NCBI GenBank assembly: GCA_028711705.1
Contig: JAQTRS010000002.1
Span: forward strand, 9,617 to 73,616
DNA length: 64,000 nucleotides
Source of the DNA: Candidatus Moraniibacteriota bacterium
Lineage (GTDB): Bacteria > Patescibacteriota > Minisyncoccia > Moranbacterales > UBA1568
Reading direction: 5' to 3'
Made by a program: the position numbers and the translations under genes. Each line of letters begins with the position of its first letter. Within the stretch, counting starts at the first letter, position 1. The notes below the pieces were generated by a model that saw only the letters and a list, made by a program, of their open reading frames with translations, was not told the origin of the DNA and did no database searches. This document shows positions 1 through 10,081 of the stretch, in pieces.

Positions 1-165
1 GCTCAGGGGCTTCCTGTGCATGTTCTTGGACAAGAACACCGCAGCGACTCTCTGCAAGATGCCTTCCAGACGGCTGCCACCATCGAGGATTTGCTTCTCG
101 AAGCTGGCAATGAAGTTGTCATGGAATCTGATGATAATACCGGTATCATCATCAGCGTGCGCTAG
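1..165 (+). CDS. C-terminal fragment of an upstream gene (…NTGIIISVR*); function not recognised
   Basis: Frame 1 is open from the window edge to TAG at 163-165; no motif recognised. Confidence 0.3.
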   Translation, partial: AQGLPVHVLGQEHRSDSLQDAFQTAATIEDLLLEAGNEVVMESDDNTGIIISVR

Positions 166-651
166 CATGGAACGCAACGACCGTTTCCTCTGATAGAAAA
201 CCGACTTACTCTTTACTGAGCTAAGCGGTTTTTTTATTGTTTCGAAATAGACCTCGAAACAGTGTCTTTATTTTCGGATATATGAAAAGCGGCATCCTGT
301 ATGACAGAAGGCCACTTAATGTTTCAAATTCGTCACTTTTCTTATCTATGTTTCAGATCCACCAATTCGGATCAGGAAACCAACGATCCTTTACTTGGCG
401 CAAACGATTTACCATGCCGCCCAACCAACTCGGCTGGTCTTTGCTTCCCAATAGCCTGTTCATCACAAGCCATATGAGAGCGATCTGTGATACGTTACCT
501 TTTTTCATCTCATTCCCCCGGTCGCATGAGGGATGTCTTTGGCACCCTCATGAAAAAAATATCTCCGCTCCCTGCCCCCTTGCACCCTACTTTGTATGCC
601 AATGCTCTTCCTGAATACCGCAACAGTAGCATATCTTTTTCATCCTGTCAA

Positions 652-684
652 TTAAAAACCCCCAAGCAGAATTCTGCTTGGGGG
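652..684 (-). terminator. Perfect 26-nt palindrome (CCCCCAAGCAGAATTCTGCTTGGGGG, 659-684); on the minus strand it is followed by TTTTT. Likely rho-independent terminator for phoH2 and the small ORF
   Basis: Read directly: an 11-bp stem with an AATT loop. The minus-strand T tract is the complement of 654-658. The plus strand has only TTT after the stem. Confidence 0.55.
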
Positions 685-714
685 TTTAGCCTCATAAGTC
701 ATTCAAAGTATTCA

Positions 715-828
715 CTACCAAATCCCAAGAGGGACATCGGTCGTTGCCGTAATGCAATCAGGAAGGAACATCGCCATATAAACGATGATCACCATCATCC
801 ATTCATTGATTTTTCTTAATGCCGCCAT
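715..828 (-). CDS. Small hydrophobic ORF (37 aa, MAALRKINEWMMVIIVYMAMFLPDCITATTDVPLGIW) with an AAGGAG Shine-Dalgarno 8 nt upstream
   Basis: Translated by hand from the minus strand. It has a strong SD and sits between the phoH2 stop and the palindromic terminator. It is absent from the ORF track because it is under 60 aa. Confidence 0.3.
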   Translation of the reverse strand: MAALRKINEWMMVIIVYMAMFLPDCITATTDVPLGIW

Positions 829-845
829 TTGCCGTACTCCTTATT

Positions 846-2318
846 TTACAACTCATCATTGGCGAAGTCTGCCAACCGACTGCGCTCACCTCTGCGCAAC
901 GTGATATGCGCACCATGTTTCCAGGCTTTGAAATGCTCCACAACATATGTCAATCCAGATGTGGTGGCGCTCAGATACGGCGTATCGATCTGGTCGAGGT
1001 TACCGATACAGATGATCTTCGTGCCAGGTCCCGCGCGGGTAATCAGCGTCTTCATTTGCTTTGACGTCAGATTCTGTGCCTCATCGACAATCAAAAACCG
1101 ATTGAGAAAGGTGCGCCCGCGCATAAAATTGAGCGAACGGATTTTAACACGGTTCATCAGAATATTTTTGGATGCGCCTTGTTCCCATTCACCCTGACCC
1201 AGACGGCTTCCCAAAAGTTCCAGATTGTCCATAAGCGCCCCCATCCATGGTGCCATCTTATCTTCTTCGGTGCCGGGCAAGAACCCGATATCTTCACCGA
1301 TAGGCACCGTTTCACGAGTCATGATGATCTCACTGTATACCTTTCTTTCCATCACCATAACCAGACCTGCGGCCAACGCGGTCAGAGTCTTGCCGGTACC
1401 GGCTGCACCCAGCAAGGTGACAAAATCGATTTCAGGGTCGAGCAACACATTGAGAGCAAAATTCTGCTCACGATTTTTCGCTGTAATACCCCATATATTA
1501 TGGTATTTCACGCGATAATCCTTCAACAGTTCAAGCACCGCGACATCTCCATCGATAGACCTGACAATAGCCTCAAACCCATCTTCATCCCCACCTTCAT
1601 CACCATCAGTATACACGAATTGATTGGGGTACCAATCAGTAACCATGGAATTCTGCAAACGATAAAACGTACGGTCCTTCTCCTTCCATGACTCCATCCT
1701 CGAACCGCATGTATCCCAAAAATCCCTATCCAGAACATAAGCTCCAGTATACAGCAGTTCCAGATCGCTCACAGACTGATCGCTATGATAATCTTCAGCC
1801 ATGATATCAAGCGTCGCAGCTTTGATGCGAGCGTTGATATCTTTTGAAACGAAAATCACATCCGAGTAACCGTTCTTGCACTGCAACAATGCCAATGCGG
1901 CACGCAAAATGACATTATCCGCAAGAATCTCTGAAAGCTCCTCAGGAATATTTTTCGTATCCGGTACCAGTCTTACTGTTTGGAATTTTAATTTTCCAGC
2001 ACATGGAAAGGTATCCGCTAGATTTACATTACCAAGAGGGAGTCCTTGTTTCAATGATGCTGCACTATGCCCGATAGCCAAATCACCAAGGAGGCGAATC
2101 ACTTGCCGTGCATTACGCGCAGCGTCAGGAGCACCCTTCTTCTTTAGATGGTCAAGTTCCTCCAGTACTTGTGTCAGAATAATAACGTCGTGTTCCTTGA
2201 ACCGACAAATAGACCACGGATCATGTATCAGGACACTGGTGTCCAATACATATAATTTAGGCTTTACCGTCGTCATCACACCAGGTACATCACGCTCTAC
2301 AGACGCAACGCCACTCAT
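846..2318 (-). CDS. PhoH2-type protein: N-terminal PIN domain fused to a PhoH-like ATPase (YlaK family)
   Basis: The N terminus has PIN-like acidic residues (YVLDTSVLIHDP…). A Walker A motif GAAGTGKT lies in the C-terminal PhoH domain. Confidence 0.85.
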   Translation of the reverse strand: MSGVASVERDVPGVMTTVKPKLYVLDTSVLIHDPWSICRFKEHDVIILTQVLEELDHLKKKGAPDAARNARQVIRLLGDLAIGHSAASLKQGLPLGNVNLADTFPCAGKLKFQTVRLVPDTKNIPEELSEILADNVILRAALALLQCKNGYSDVIFVSKDINARIKAATLDIMAEDYHSDQSVSDLELLYTGAYVLDRDFWDTCGSRMESWKEKDRTFYRLQNSMVTDWYPNQFVYTDGDEGGDEDGFEAIVRSIDGDVAVLELLKDYRVKYHNIWGITAKNREQNFALNVLLDPEIDFVTLLGAAGTGKTLTALAAGLVMVMERKVYSEIIMTRETVPIGEDIGFLPGTEEDKMAPWMGALMDNLELLGSRLGQGEWEQGASKNILMNRVKIRSLNFMRGRTFLNRFLIVDEAQNLTSKQMKTLITRAGPGTKIICIGNLDQIDTPYLSATTSGLTYVVEHFKAWKHGAHITLRRGERSRLADFANDEL

Positions 2319-2480
2319 ACCATTCTCCTACTCTATTCACTATTGTCAAAGTGCAACCGCACGATGACGGTTCTTGCCGCCTTTTCAAAGCGACACCCTA
2401 TCTTAATACGCTTTTGCATAAAAAGCAAGTGTCTTCCGTTTTGCGAAAAACCCTTTGAAAAACCTCTTGATTCAGAAGCT

Positions 2481-2933
2481 CTACATCTCACCCCCGCCGT
2501 TCTCGATAACGATTCTCCTTCGCGTCTCATCCAGCCACTGGAGCGATAGGGAAATCGCGCTCTCGGGGATAATATCCGCGATGCGCTCCGGCCACTCGGC
2601 AATGACGATGCCGGCCGGATCCTCCATCCATTCTTCCCAGCCGATCGAAAGCATTTCCTGCGTGCCGATGCGATAGGCATCCGCATGATACGCCCGCCTG
2701 ATGCCTTTATGTGCCTCGGGCGAAATGTCATACTGCTTCATGATCACAAACGTCGGGCTCGTGTAGGGCCCCGCCACACCAAGGCCCGAAAGAAGCCCTT
2801 GTGTCAATGTGGTCTTGCCGGCACCCAAGTCCCCGGACAATGCGATCACTGCTCCAGAGGAAAGCCTTGCGGCAAGCTTTTGTCCGAAGCGTATGGTTTC
2901 CTCTTTGGATGTCGTGATGATTTCTTGTCTCAT
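2481..2933 (-). CDS. tsaE: tRNA threonylcarbamoyladenosine (t6A) biosynthesis ATPase TsaE (YjeE)
   Basis: 150 aa with a P-loop SGDLGAGKTT and the typical TsaE size and layout. Confidence 0.8.
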   Translation of the reverse strand: MRQEIITTSKEETIRFGQKLAARLSSGAVIALSGDLGAGKTTLTQGLLSGLGVAGPYTSPTFVIMKQYDISPEAHKGIRRAYHADAYRIGTQEMLSIGWEEWMEDPAGIVIAEWPERIADIIPESAISLSLQWLDETRRRIVIENGGGEM

Positions 2934-3081
2934 ATGCTCCGTATCCTACACGAGAATCTCCCTTTGTGCAAACAAAATAGGCCTTATAGGGTGATTTGAC
3001 ACTCCCTTGCCTTTTTGGTAACCTGAATTACTGTACTGAAACGAAAAGGATATCCGTAAACCGCTATTTCCCATTCTTCCC

Positions 3082-4227
3082 ATGTCCCTGACGCCCCAAC
3101 AACAATTCCAAAAACTCATCCGTGAATCACAAGATATCCTTATCCTTCTTCCTCATTATCTCAATGGAGACGCCCTGACTTCCGCATGGGCCCTTGCCCG
3201 CCTTTTGGAAAAACAGGAAAAGAATGCGACCATCGCAGCCGATATGCTTTTCAAGCACACCGATCAATACCCTTTCCTCACAAAACCGCAAAAGCTCGTC
3301 GAGACGCTTTCCGGCGCCCGCGACTTCATCGTGTCTTTCAATACCAAATACAATAAGATCCAAGCCATCCGCAGCGAAGAAGAGGCGCAGGAATACCGAA
3401 TCTATGTCACGCCCGAACATGGATCCATCAACCCTCGGGATTTTTCATTCATCCCCGCGCAATTCAAGTTCGACCTCGTCGTCGTCTTGGGATCACCCGA
3501 CAAGGAATCGCTCGGCAAACTCTATGAAGATAATGCGGATATTTTTTACGAAGTGCCTGTCATCAATATCGATCACCATGCCAAGAACGACAACTTCGGC
3601 CAGCTCAATGTGGCAGATATCAATGCGTCTTCGACAGCGGAGGTTCTTGCACAGCTTCTGAGCGCCACGCACGCCGAATGGATGGACGAGGACATCGCCG
3701 AGTGCCTACTTACCGGCATCATCAGCGCCACCGAAAGCTTCCAGAAAAAGAACACCACTCCCAAAGCCCTCCACATCGCCTCATGGCTCATGGATCAAGG
3801 CGCCAACCAACAAAAGATCGTCCAGCACCTCTACAAAACCCAGCCGCTTCACCTCCTTAAGCTCTGGGGCCGTATCATGGCGGAACTCAAATGGGACGAA
3901 ACCACCAAACTCATCTGGGCACCGGTCACACCAGGCGACCTTGCCGCCAGCCACGCGCAGGACGATGATCTTCCTTCCATCTTGGAAAAGATCAAGACCC
4001 ACTATTCCACCGGATCCTTTTTCCTCATCCTTTTTCAGGAAACTCCCGAAACTATCCACGGCATCATGAAGGCTGGCTCCCCCGAAGCCCTCACCATCCT
4101 CGCCACCCTCTGGCAGGAAGGCGAAATCAACGACGACACCTTCATCTTCCCTCTCCACCACGCACAGATGGCCACCGCCGAACAGGAAATCATCAGCAAA
4201 CTCGCCGCTTTACTGGCAACGAAATAA
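3082..4227 (+). CDS. DHH-family phosphoesterase (NrnA-like oligoribonuclease / pAp phosphatase, DHH plus DHHA1)
   Basis: Motifs DHH (NIDHHAKN) and GGGH-like; about 380 aa. Confidence 0.65.
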   Translation: MSLTPQQQFQKLIRESQDILILLPHYLNGDALTSAWALARLLEKQEKNATIAADMLFKHTDQYPFLTKPQKLVETLSGARDFIVSFNTKYNKIQAIRSEEEAQEYRIYVTPEHGSINPRDFSFIPAQFKFDLVVVLGSPDKESLGKLYEDNADIFYEVPVINIDHHAKNDNFGQLNVADINASSTAEVLAQLLSATHAEWMDEDIAECLLTGIISATESFQKKNTTPKALHIASWLMDQGANQQKIVQHLYKTQPLHLLKLWGRIMAELKWDETTKLIWAPVTPGDLAASHAQDDDLPSILEKIKTHYSTGSFFLILFQETPETIHGIMKAGSPEALTILATLWQEGEINDDTFIFPLHHAQMATAEQEIISKLAALLATK

Positions 4228-4251
4228 ACCGGCTATCTTCGCAAGCATATC

Positions 4252-4294
4252 AAAAAACAACACCCCGGACAGATACCCGGGGTGTTGTTTTATT
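4252..4294. terminator. Bidirectional rho-independent terminator between convergent nrnA-like and uvrA genes
   Basis: A 10-bp stem AACACCCCGG/CCGGGGTGTT with an 8-nt loop, an A tract upstream and GTTTTATT downstream. Confidence 0.6.
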
Positions 4295-4303
4295 CAGTTT
4301 CTC

Positions 4304-7132
4304 CTAGATATACTTCCCAGTGAAGCTCTTCTTGCATTTCTTAAGTCCTGATGGGATGCCTGCGTAGACGATTTCTCCCCCGCCCTCGCCGCCCTCGGGT
4401 CCAAGGTCAATCACCCAGTCGGCGTGCTTGATCACATCGGTATTGTGCTCGACCACAACAATCGTATTTCCCTTATCGGCCAGCGCGTCCAAAACGATCA
4501 AGAGTTTTCGCGTATCCTCAAAGTGCAAGCCGATAGTCGGCTCATCAAGAATATAGAGCGTCTTACCGGTCGATTTCCGAGCCAATTCCGTCGCCAGTTT
4601 CACTCGCTGCGCTTCACCTCCCGAAAGGGCCGTGGCGCTCTGGCCGAGAATCAGATAGCCTAATCCCACTTCATCCAGCGCCCGCAGTTTCTCTTGAATC
4701 AGCGCATGGTCGCAGAAAAAGCTGCGCGCCTCGGAAACGGTCATATTGAGCACCTGGGATATATTCATCCCCCGATACTCTATAGCCAGTGTCTTTGCAT
4801 TGTAGCGCGTCCCTTGGCACTCCTCGCAGTCGACATAGACATCGGCCAGAAGATACATCTCCACCTTGCGCACCCCGCCACCCTGACAGACCTCGCAGCG
4901 GCCGCCGCGCATATTGAAACTGAAGTGGCTGGCATCATAGCCATCGCGCTTCGCCTCGGCCGTCTCGGCGAACAGATCGCGAATCGGAGAAAAAACCCCG
5001 GTATAGGTCGCGGCATTGGAACGCGGCGTGCGGCCGATCGGCGATTGGTTCACCGTAATCACCTTGTCGATATGCTGCAATCCGGTGATAGTCTTGTGCG
5101 TACCCACCCGCGTCTTGGCCTGATAGAAGTGTCTGGCCAAACTCTTGGAGAGGATGTCCTTAATCAGGGACGACTTTCCCGATCCGGACACGCCCGACAC
5201 CACCACGAATGCCTCCAGCGGTATCTGCACATCGACGTTTTTGAGATTATGCTCGGTGGCCCCGATAATCGATATGAATTTCTTCGCCTTGCGCGGCTTC
5301 CTGTTTTCCGGAGACACACTGATTTTTCCGGACAGGTATTGGCCCGTCAAACTCTTGGACTGCCACAGTTTCTTGGGCGTTCCCGAAAAGATCACCTCTC
5401 CCCCCTCGCGGCCCGCGCCCGGTCCCATATCCACGATCCAATCCGAAGCGGCCATGAGTGCCGGCTCATGTTCCACCACCACCAATGAATTCCCGTTTTC
5501 CCGAAGCGATTGGAGCGCGTGCACGAGCTTTTCCGTGTCGCGGCTATGCAGTCCGACGGACGGTTCGTCCAACACATACAAGATTCCCGTCAGATCCGAC
5601 TTCATCTGGATCGCCAAGCGGATACGCTGCGCTTCCCCGCCCGAAAGCGTTTCCGCACTACGGAAAATTTCAAGATACCCCAGTCCCACTTTTTCCACAG
5701 CCAAAAGACGCATATCCATTTCCTTGAGCAGGGTCGTCATAGCGTTTTTCAAATCTTTGGAAACTGTTTTGACCAGCATCTCCGAAAGACGCTGACGGAA
5801 AGCAGTCACACTGAGCGCCGCCATATCGTGGATAGAGCAATCCTCGATCAGAACCGAAAGGGATTCCTGTTTCAATCGCTTGCCTTGGCACGACGGACAG
5901 GTCCGCACGAGCATATACTTCTCGATCTCTTTGCGCAGGTGTTCCGATTTCGTCTCCTTGTGCTTCTTCTCCAATAACGGAACGATGCCGACAAACATCG
6001 CCTTCTGCTCCGCGGGCGAAAGCTTTTCTTTGCTTTTCAAAACCGCTTCTTCCCCATACAAAAGAATCTTCAGATGCTTGGCCGAGAATTTCTTGATCGG
6101 CGTCTTCATCGAAAAACCGCAACGTTCGGCAGCATCACGCAGGACGCTGAGCTGTCCTGTCTGCACCTGGCGCCCTTCGCTCGTCTTATTCCACGGACGT
6201 ATCGCTCCTTCAAGCAAAGATAGATTCTTGTTCGGGATGATAAGCTCCGGATCGAGCTCGAGCTTCACGCCCAGCCCCGAGCACGTTTCGCACGCACCTT
6301 CCGGACTGTTGAACGAAAAGATATTCGGCGCCAGTTCCGGCAGATGAACATCGCAGGCATGACAAACATATTCCTGACTGTACCAGTATTCTTCTTTTTC
6401 ATTCACCAAGAGGGTGAGCGCGCCATGCCCCAATTTGAAGGCCGTCTCGATAGAATCGAGCAGTCGCTCCTTGTCTGGTTTTTTCGTATCCAAAGTCAGC
6501 CGATCCACCGCTATCTCCATTTCGGAAAGCAGCATATCCGACGCATGCGGCAGCGCTTCGGAAATGAGCATAATCTGGCCATGGAAACGCACGCGGGCAT
6601 AGCCCCACTGCTCCACCTGTTTAAGCGCCTCCTTTTCCGTCTTTTTGAGCGTCTGCGGAAGCTTGGCAAGGAAAATGAAGAAGGTATTGTCCGGAAAATC
6701 CAAAATTTCCGCCAGGATTTCCTGACTGGTCTTTCGATGCAGCATACTGTGGCACTGCGGGCAATGCGGCACACCGGTCTTGGCATACAAAACACGGAGG
6801 TAATCATACACTTCGGTCAGGGTTCCCACGGTCGAACGCGGCGAACGGGAAATACTTTTCTGATCGATGGCGATCGCCGGACTTAAGTGATACATCGCGT
6901 CCACGTCGGGCTTGCCCAAAGATTCCATGAAGTTCCTCGCGTACGAGGAGAGCGACTCCATGTACCGCCTGTTGGATTCGGCATAGATCGTGTCGAAAGC
7001 CAAGGAAGATTTTCCCGAACCGGAAAGGCCGGTGATAACCACGAGCGAATCACGCGGGATTTCGACATCGATATTCTTGAGATTGTTGACACGGGCGCCC
7101 TTGATGATGATGTTATTATTTTTCTTTGCCAT
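4304..7132 (-). CDS. uvrA: Excinuclease ABC subunit A (UvrA, canonical class I, 942 aa)
   Basis: An N-terminal [14 protein letters not shown] motif and tandem ABC ATPase modules with zinc-finger Cys clusters. The length matches E. coli UvrA. Confidence 0.9.
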   Translation of the reverse strand: MAKKNNNIIIKGARVNNLKNIDVEIPRDSLVVITGLSGSGKSSLAFDTIYAESNRRYMESLSSYARNFMESLGKPDVDAMYHLSPAIAIDQKSISRSPRSTVGTLTEVYDYLRVLYAKTGVPHCPQCHSMLHRKTSQEILAEILDFPDNTFFIFLAKLPQTLKKTEKEALKQVEQWGYARVRFHGQIMLISEALPHASDMLLSEMEIAVDRLTLDTKKPDKERLLDSIETAFKLGHGALTLLVNEKEEYWYSQEYVCHACDVHLPELAPNIFSFNSPEGACETCSGLGVKLELDPELIIPNKNLSLLEGAIRPWNKTSEGRQVQTGQLSVLRDAAERCGFSMKTPIKKFSAKHLKILLYGEEAVLKSKEKLSPAEQKAMFVGIVPLLEKKHKETKSEHLRKEIEKYMLVRTCPSCQGKRLKQESLSVLIEDCSIHDMAALSVTAFRQRLSEMLVKTVSKDLKNAMTTLLKEMDMRLLAVEKVGLGYLEIFRSAETLSGGEAQRIRLAIQMKSDLTGILYVLDEPSVGLHSRDTEKLVHALQSLRENGNSLVVVEHEPALMAASDWIVDMGPGAGREGGEVIFSGTPKKLWQSKSLTGQYLSGKISVSPENRKPRKAKKFISIIGATEHNLKNVDVQIPLEAFVVVSGVSGSGKSSLIKDILSKSLARHFYQAKTRVGTHKTITGLQHIDKVITVNQSPIGRTPRSNAATYTGVFSPIRDLFAETAEAKRDGYDASHFSFNMRGGRCEVCQGGGVRKVEMYLLADVYVDCEECQGTRYNAKTLAIEYRGMNISQVLNMTVSEARSFFCDHALIQEKLRALDEVGLGYLILGQSATALSGGEAQRVKLATELARKSTGKTLYILDEPTIGLHFEDTRKLLIVLDALADKGNTIVVVEHNTDVIKHADWVIDLGPEGGEGGGEIVYAGIPSGLKKCKKSFTGKYI

Positions 7133-7283
7133 AATATAGTGAAGTGTGATAACTCTAAAACGATCGTCATACCCTTTGCCGTACCCCTCTCATATGACAA
7201 AGCAAGATTGGTATCAATCATACACCATTTTTTCCAGTTTGTAAAACCATTGCGCGCCCGTGTATGAAATGCATTTATTTAAA

Positions 7284-7321
7284 AAGCAAAAAACCCGCAT
7301 ACCGATACTATCGATATGCGG
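7284..7321 (-). terminator. Hairpin terminator downstream of the KP/zinc-ribbon gene
   Basis: An 8-bp stem CCCGCATA/TATGCGGG preceded on the plus strand by AAAAAA (T tract on the minus strand). Confidence 0.45.
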
Positions 7322-7334
7322 GCCATATGCCTTA

Positions 7335-8588
7335 TCAGGCATTTGCCTCTTTCTTCCTTCTTCCTTTCGTGTTCCTCGCGCATTCCGGGCAACCCCTCCC
7401 GGCAAGACGATTATGTCCCGTCGCCCGGTATTCGTGTCCGCATGATTTCACCGGGCATTTCCACCACAAAAGCCGAGTCGTCCCGGCAAACACCTCCCAA
7501 ACATGCTTCGTGTTCCTCCTAGCATACTCGCTTGCCAATGCGGGATGTGTGAAAGACAGATTGTTTGTGGGCGTCAGCACCCGATGCGAACATGCCGGGC
7601 AACCGCCGCCATCGAACCGCGTGACTCCCAACGATTCCCATTCATACTCGCAGGTCCTGCATTTCCACCAAAACCGCTTGCTCGGATGAGGGCACACCTC
7701 GGTGGCCTGCTTCTCATTCTTTTCGGAATACTCCGCTGCCAATTTTGGATACTTCGCGGCAAGATTATTGGTGGAGGTCACGACACGGAAAGCGCAAGCG
7801 GGGCATTTGGTCTTATCCTTCAATGGCCACTGATAGCGACATTCATTACATTCCTGCAATGTTGCCGATACCGGTGTCGCATTGACCTTGGGTTTTCGCC
7901 CTTCCTTAAGCTTTTGCTTATACTGAGCACTGGCCACCCGTTTAGACAGAGTCTTCAGGTCATCGCCATCCTTCACACTCAGGCCTGCTGCACGAAGCTT
8001 TTGTTTCGCAAGTTTCAGTTTCAACTTCAGCTTCGATCGAGGTTTGGGCCTGGGTCTGGGTTTGATCTTGGGCCTCAGTTTGGGTTTGGACACCGGCTTA
8101 GGTTTTCGCCCGGGCTTTTTCTTAGGCCTGGGTTCGGGTTTTGGCTTGGGTTCAGGTTTTACTCTGGGCTCCGGCGCCGATTTCGGTTTCTTCTCCTTTT
8201 TTTGCACCGGCTTGGGTTTTGGTTTCGGTTTGGGCTCAGGTTTTGGTTTCGTTTTCCGTTCTTTCTTCACTCGAGGTTTTGCGTCAGCGCTTTTAGTACG
8301 TTTCCTTTTTACGAAACGCTTCTTGGAAGCCCGCGCTCCCGACTTGGTATCGGACCAGGAAACACTATGCAATGCGGCATCGTACTGCGCCGAGCGGCCG
8401 CTTGAATCGAATGTTTTCAGATACTCCCGAAACTCCCGCACGCAAAACGTCTTCATACCCCGTTCATTTTCATACACGAAATCCGAAGCGCCGAGCAATT
8501 GTGCCATTTCCAATAATGGCACGCCCTCCTCGGTAAGAGCCCTGATTTCCATGTCCGTTTCTTGCAAAATACTCAATGGACGATCCAT
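7335..8588 (-). CDS. Hypothetical protein with three regions: an N-terminal HTH-like segment, a long K/P-rich (KPKPEPKP…) histone-H1/AlgP-like low-complexity region, and two tandem treble-clef zinc-ribbon modules of the DUF4379 type (CPAC…NNL…YP.LA.EY…WWKC..C)
   Basis: The ribbon module is duplicated ([26 protein letters not shown]…[11 protein letters not shown] and [26 protein letters not shown]…[13 protein letters not shown]). About 95 aa of KP repeats. Confidence 0.6.
   Translation of the reverse strand: MDRPLSILQETDMEIRALTEEGVPLLEMAQLLGASDFVYENERGMKTFCVREFREYLKTFDSSGRSAQYDAALHSVSWSDTKSGARASKKRFVKRKRTKSADAKPRVKKERKTKPKPEPKPKPKPKPVQKKEKKPKSAPEPRVKPEPKPKPEPRPKKKPGRKPKPVSKPKLRPKIKPRPRPKPRSKLKLKLKLAKQKLRAAGLSVKDGDDLKTLSKRVASAQYKQKLKEGRKPKVNATPVSATLQECNECRYQWPLKDKTKCPACAFRVVTSTNNLAAKYPKLAAEYSEKNEKQATEVCPHPSKRFWWKCRTCEYEWESLGVTRFDGGGCPACSHRVLTPTNNLSFTHPALASEYARRNTKHVWEVFAGTTRLLWWKCPVKSCGHEYRATGHNRLAGRGCPECARNTKGRRKKEANA
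8030..8270. repeat. Imperfect 6-nt periodic tandem repeat (GGNTTNGG units) that encodes the KP-repeat tract of the zinc-ribbon protein
   Basis: Read directly: ggtttgggcctgggtctgggtttgatcttgggcctcagtttgggtttgg…. Confidence 0.6.
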
Positions 8589-8680
8589 AGGATACGCTCC
8601 CCTTTTGTCAGTGATTGATTTGTTAAGATGCTTCGCTTTTCATCCGCATATGGCATACTCGGATGATAAGGGATAGTACC

Positions 8681-9928
8681 TTATTTCTTGCCCTTCGTCA
8701 ATAAAAAGCTCTTGGCGCGGCGCTTGCGGTGGAAGGTGATGGCGAAGCGGTGCGCCTCGCTGTTGGCAAGCAAAATGGCATCGTGATATTTTTTTGCGAA
8801 CTCCCCTTCTCCCAGGATGCTTTTGGGATTATGGTGCTCGTCCTTCACCACGCCCACCACAGGGATAGCCATAGCGAATTGCTCAAGCACCGCATGCGCG
8901 ACGTTGATCTGCAGATCAAAACCGTCCACCACGATCAGATCGGGCATCCGCCATTCCGAATGCTTCAATCGCCGCATCAGTATTTCCTCGAGGTTCTTCA
9001 CATCGTTGTTGCGTTCTATCGAAAGCTTGAACTGCCGATATTCCTTCTTATCCGGCACTCCGCTCTCCAGCACCGTCATCACGCCCACCACATCACGTCC
9101 CGAAAGATGCGCCACATCATAGGCTTCGATGCGGAACGAATCCGCCGCATAGCTTTCGATCGCATCCTTGCGCAAGAGCGACACGTCATAGATATGGCTC
9201 AAAGCGAACAATGTTTTTTTGAGAGCCTGCGCCTTCTCGAATTCCAATCGCTTGGCATATTCCCCCATCTCCTTCTTCAGATACCTGACGATCATCGATT
9301 TCTTCCCCTCGAAAAAAAGCTTGATATTGCGGATGGTCTTGGCATAGTCTTTCGCCGTCACCGCACCGTCGCACACGCCTGGGCACAAGCCGAGCTGAGC
9401 ATTGAAGCACGGTTTTCCCGAAAGCGGTTTGCACGTGTCGCGATACGGGAAAATCTTGCGCACGATTTTCAACGCTTCCTTCAAAGAGCCTCCCTGCGGG
9501 AACGGCCCGAAGGTATACCTGATCTTCATATCCTTCTTGGCATCCATATCCCTCCCCCGCATGAGCAGCACGCGCGGAAAGGCCTCTTTGGTGATGACGA
9601 CGGAGTAGAAACTCTTATCGTCCTTCTCATCGGTGTTATAGGGCGGCTGATGCTTCTTGATGAGCGACGCTTCCAAAAGCAGCGCCTCCAATACCGAATC
9701 GGTCGTCTGCCACTTCAGGTCCGTCACCTTCTCAAGCATCGCCACGATCTTTGGTCCGCGGGTCGAGGAGATATCGTGCGAGAAATAGCTCCGCACCCGG
9801 GAACGGAGCGAGGTCGCCTTACCGATATACAGAATGCTCTTTCCTTCCATAAAGAAATACACCCCCGGGGTATCGGGAAGCTCTTTTTGAAACACCATTT
9901 CTTTTGTGTTGCCAAACTTCATTGACAT
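8681..9928 (-). CDS. uvrC: Excinuclease ABC subunit C homologue (GIY-YIG plus RNase-H-like endonuclease domain). Short at 415 aa and lacks the C-terminal (HhH)2 region
   Basis: An N-terminal GIY-YIG motif (GVYFFMEGKSILYIGKATSLRSRV). The central endonuclease region DVAHLSGRDVVGVMTV…YRQFKL matches the UvrC/Cho family. Confidence 0.7.
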   Translation of the reverse strand: MSMKFGNTKEMVFQKELPDTPGVYFFMEGKSILYIGKATSLRSRVRSYFSHDISSTRGPKIVAMLEKVTDLKWQTTDSVLEALLLEASLIKKHQPPYNTDEKDDKSFYSVVITKEAFPRVLLMRGRDMDAKKDMKIRYTFGPFPQGGSLKEALKIVRKIFPYRDTCKPLSGKPCFNAQLGLCPGVCDGAVTAKDYAKTIRNIKLFFEGKKSMIVRYLKKEMGEYAKRLEFEKAQALKKTLFALSHIYDVSLLRKDAIESYAADSFRIEAYDVAHLSGRDVVGVMTVLESGVPDKKEYRQFKLSIERNNDVKNLEEILMRRLKHSEWRMPDLIVVDGFDLQINVAHAVLEQFAMAIPVVGVVKDEHHNPKSILGEGEFAKKYHDAILLANSEAHRFAITFHRKRRAKSFLLTKGKK

Positions 9929-10081
9929 AAATGCGGAAGTGTTATAGAATGCAGGAGCAGTTTTTTAACAACCCTGGTTTGATTAAAGTTAATTAAACCA
10001 CATTATAGGAGAAATACGCAATATGATGCCCATTCGTTTGCAACGAGAAATCCACGTCTTTATAATAAAAGGAAAGAAAAA

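Noticed and set aside
237-819. Track ORFs 237-614 (+) and 487-819 (+)
   Set aside because: Low-complexity, atypical amino-acid composition; no SD; they overlap each other and sit in a convergent intergenic spacer. The hand-found 37-aa minus-strand ORF with a perfect SD is a better, though still weak, candidate.
4424-7267. Numerous plus-strand ORFs (e.g. 4694-5488, 5145-5795, 5510-5977, 6344-6886) inside uvrA
   Set aside because: Antisense or out-of-frame ORFs lying entirely within a high-confidence UvrA gene; Arg/Pro/Gly-rich GC-skew artefacts.
8030-8270. Periodic DNA repeat that might look like a CRISPR or other array
   Set aside because: The period is only 6 nt with no unique spacers, and it sits inside a coding region in frame with KP-repeat codons. 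It is a coding low-complexity repeat, not CRISPR.
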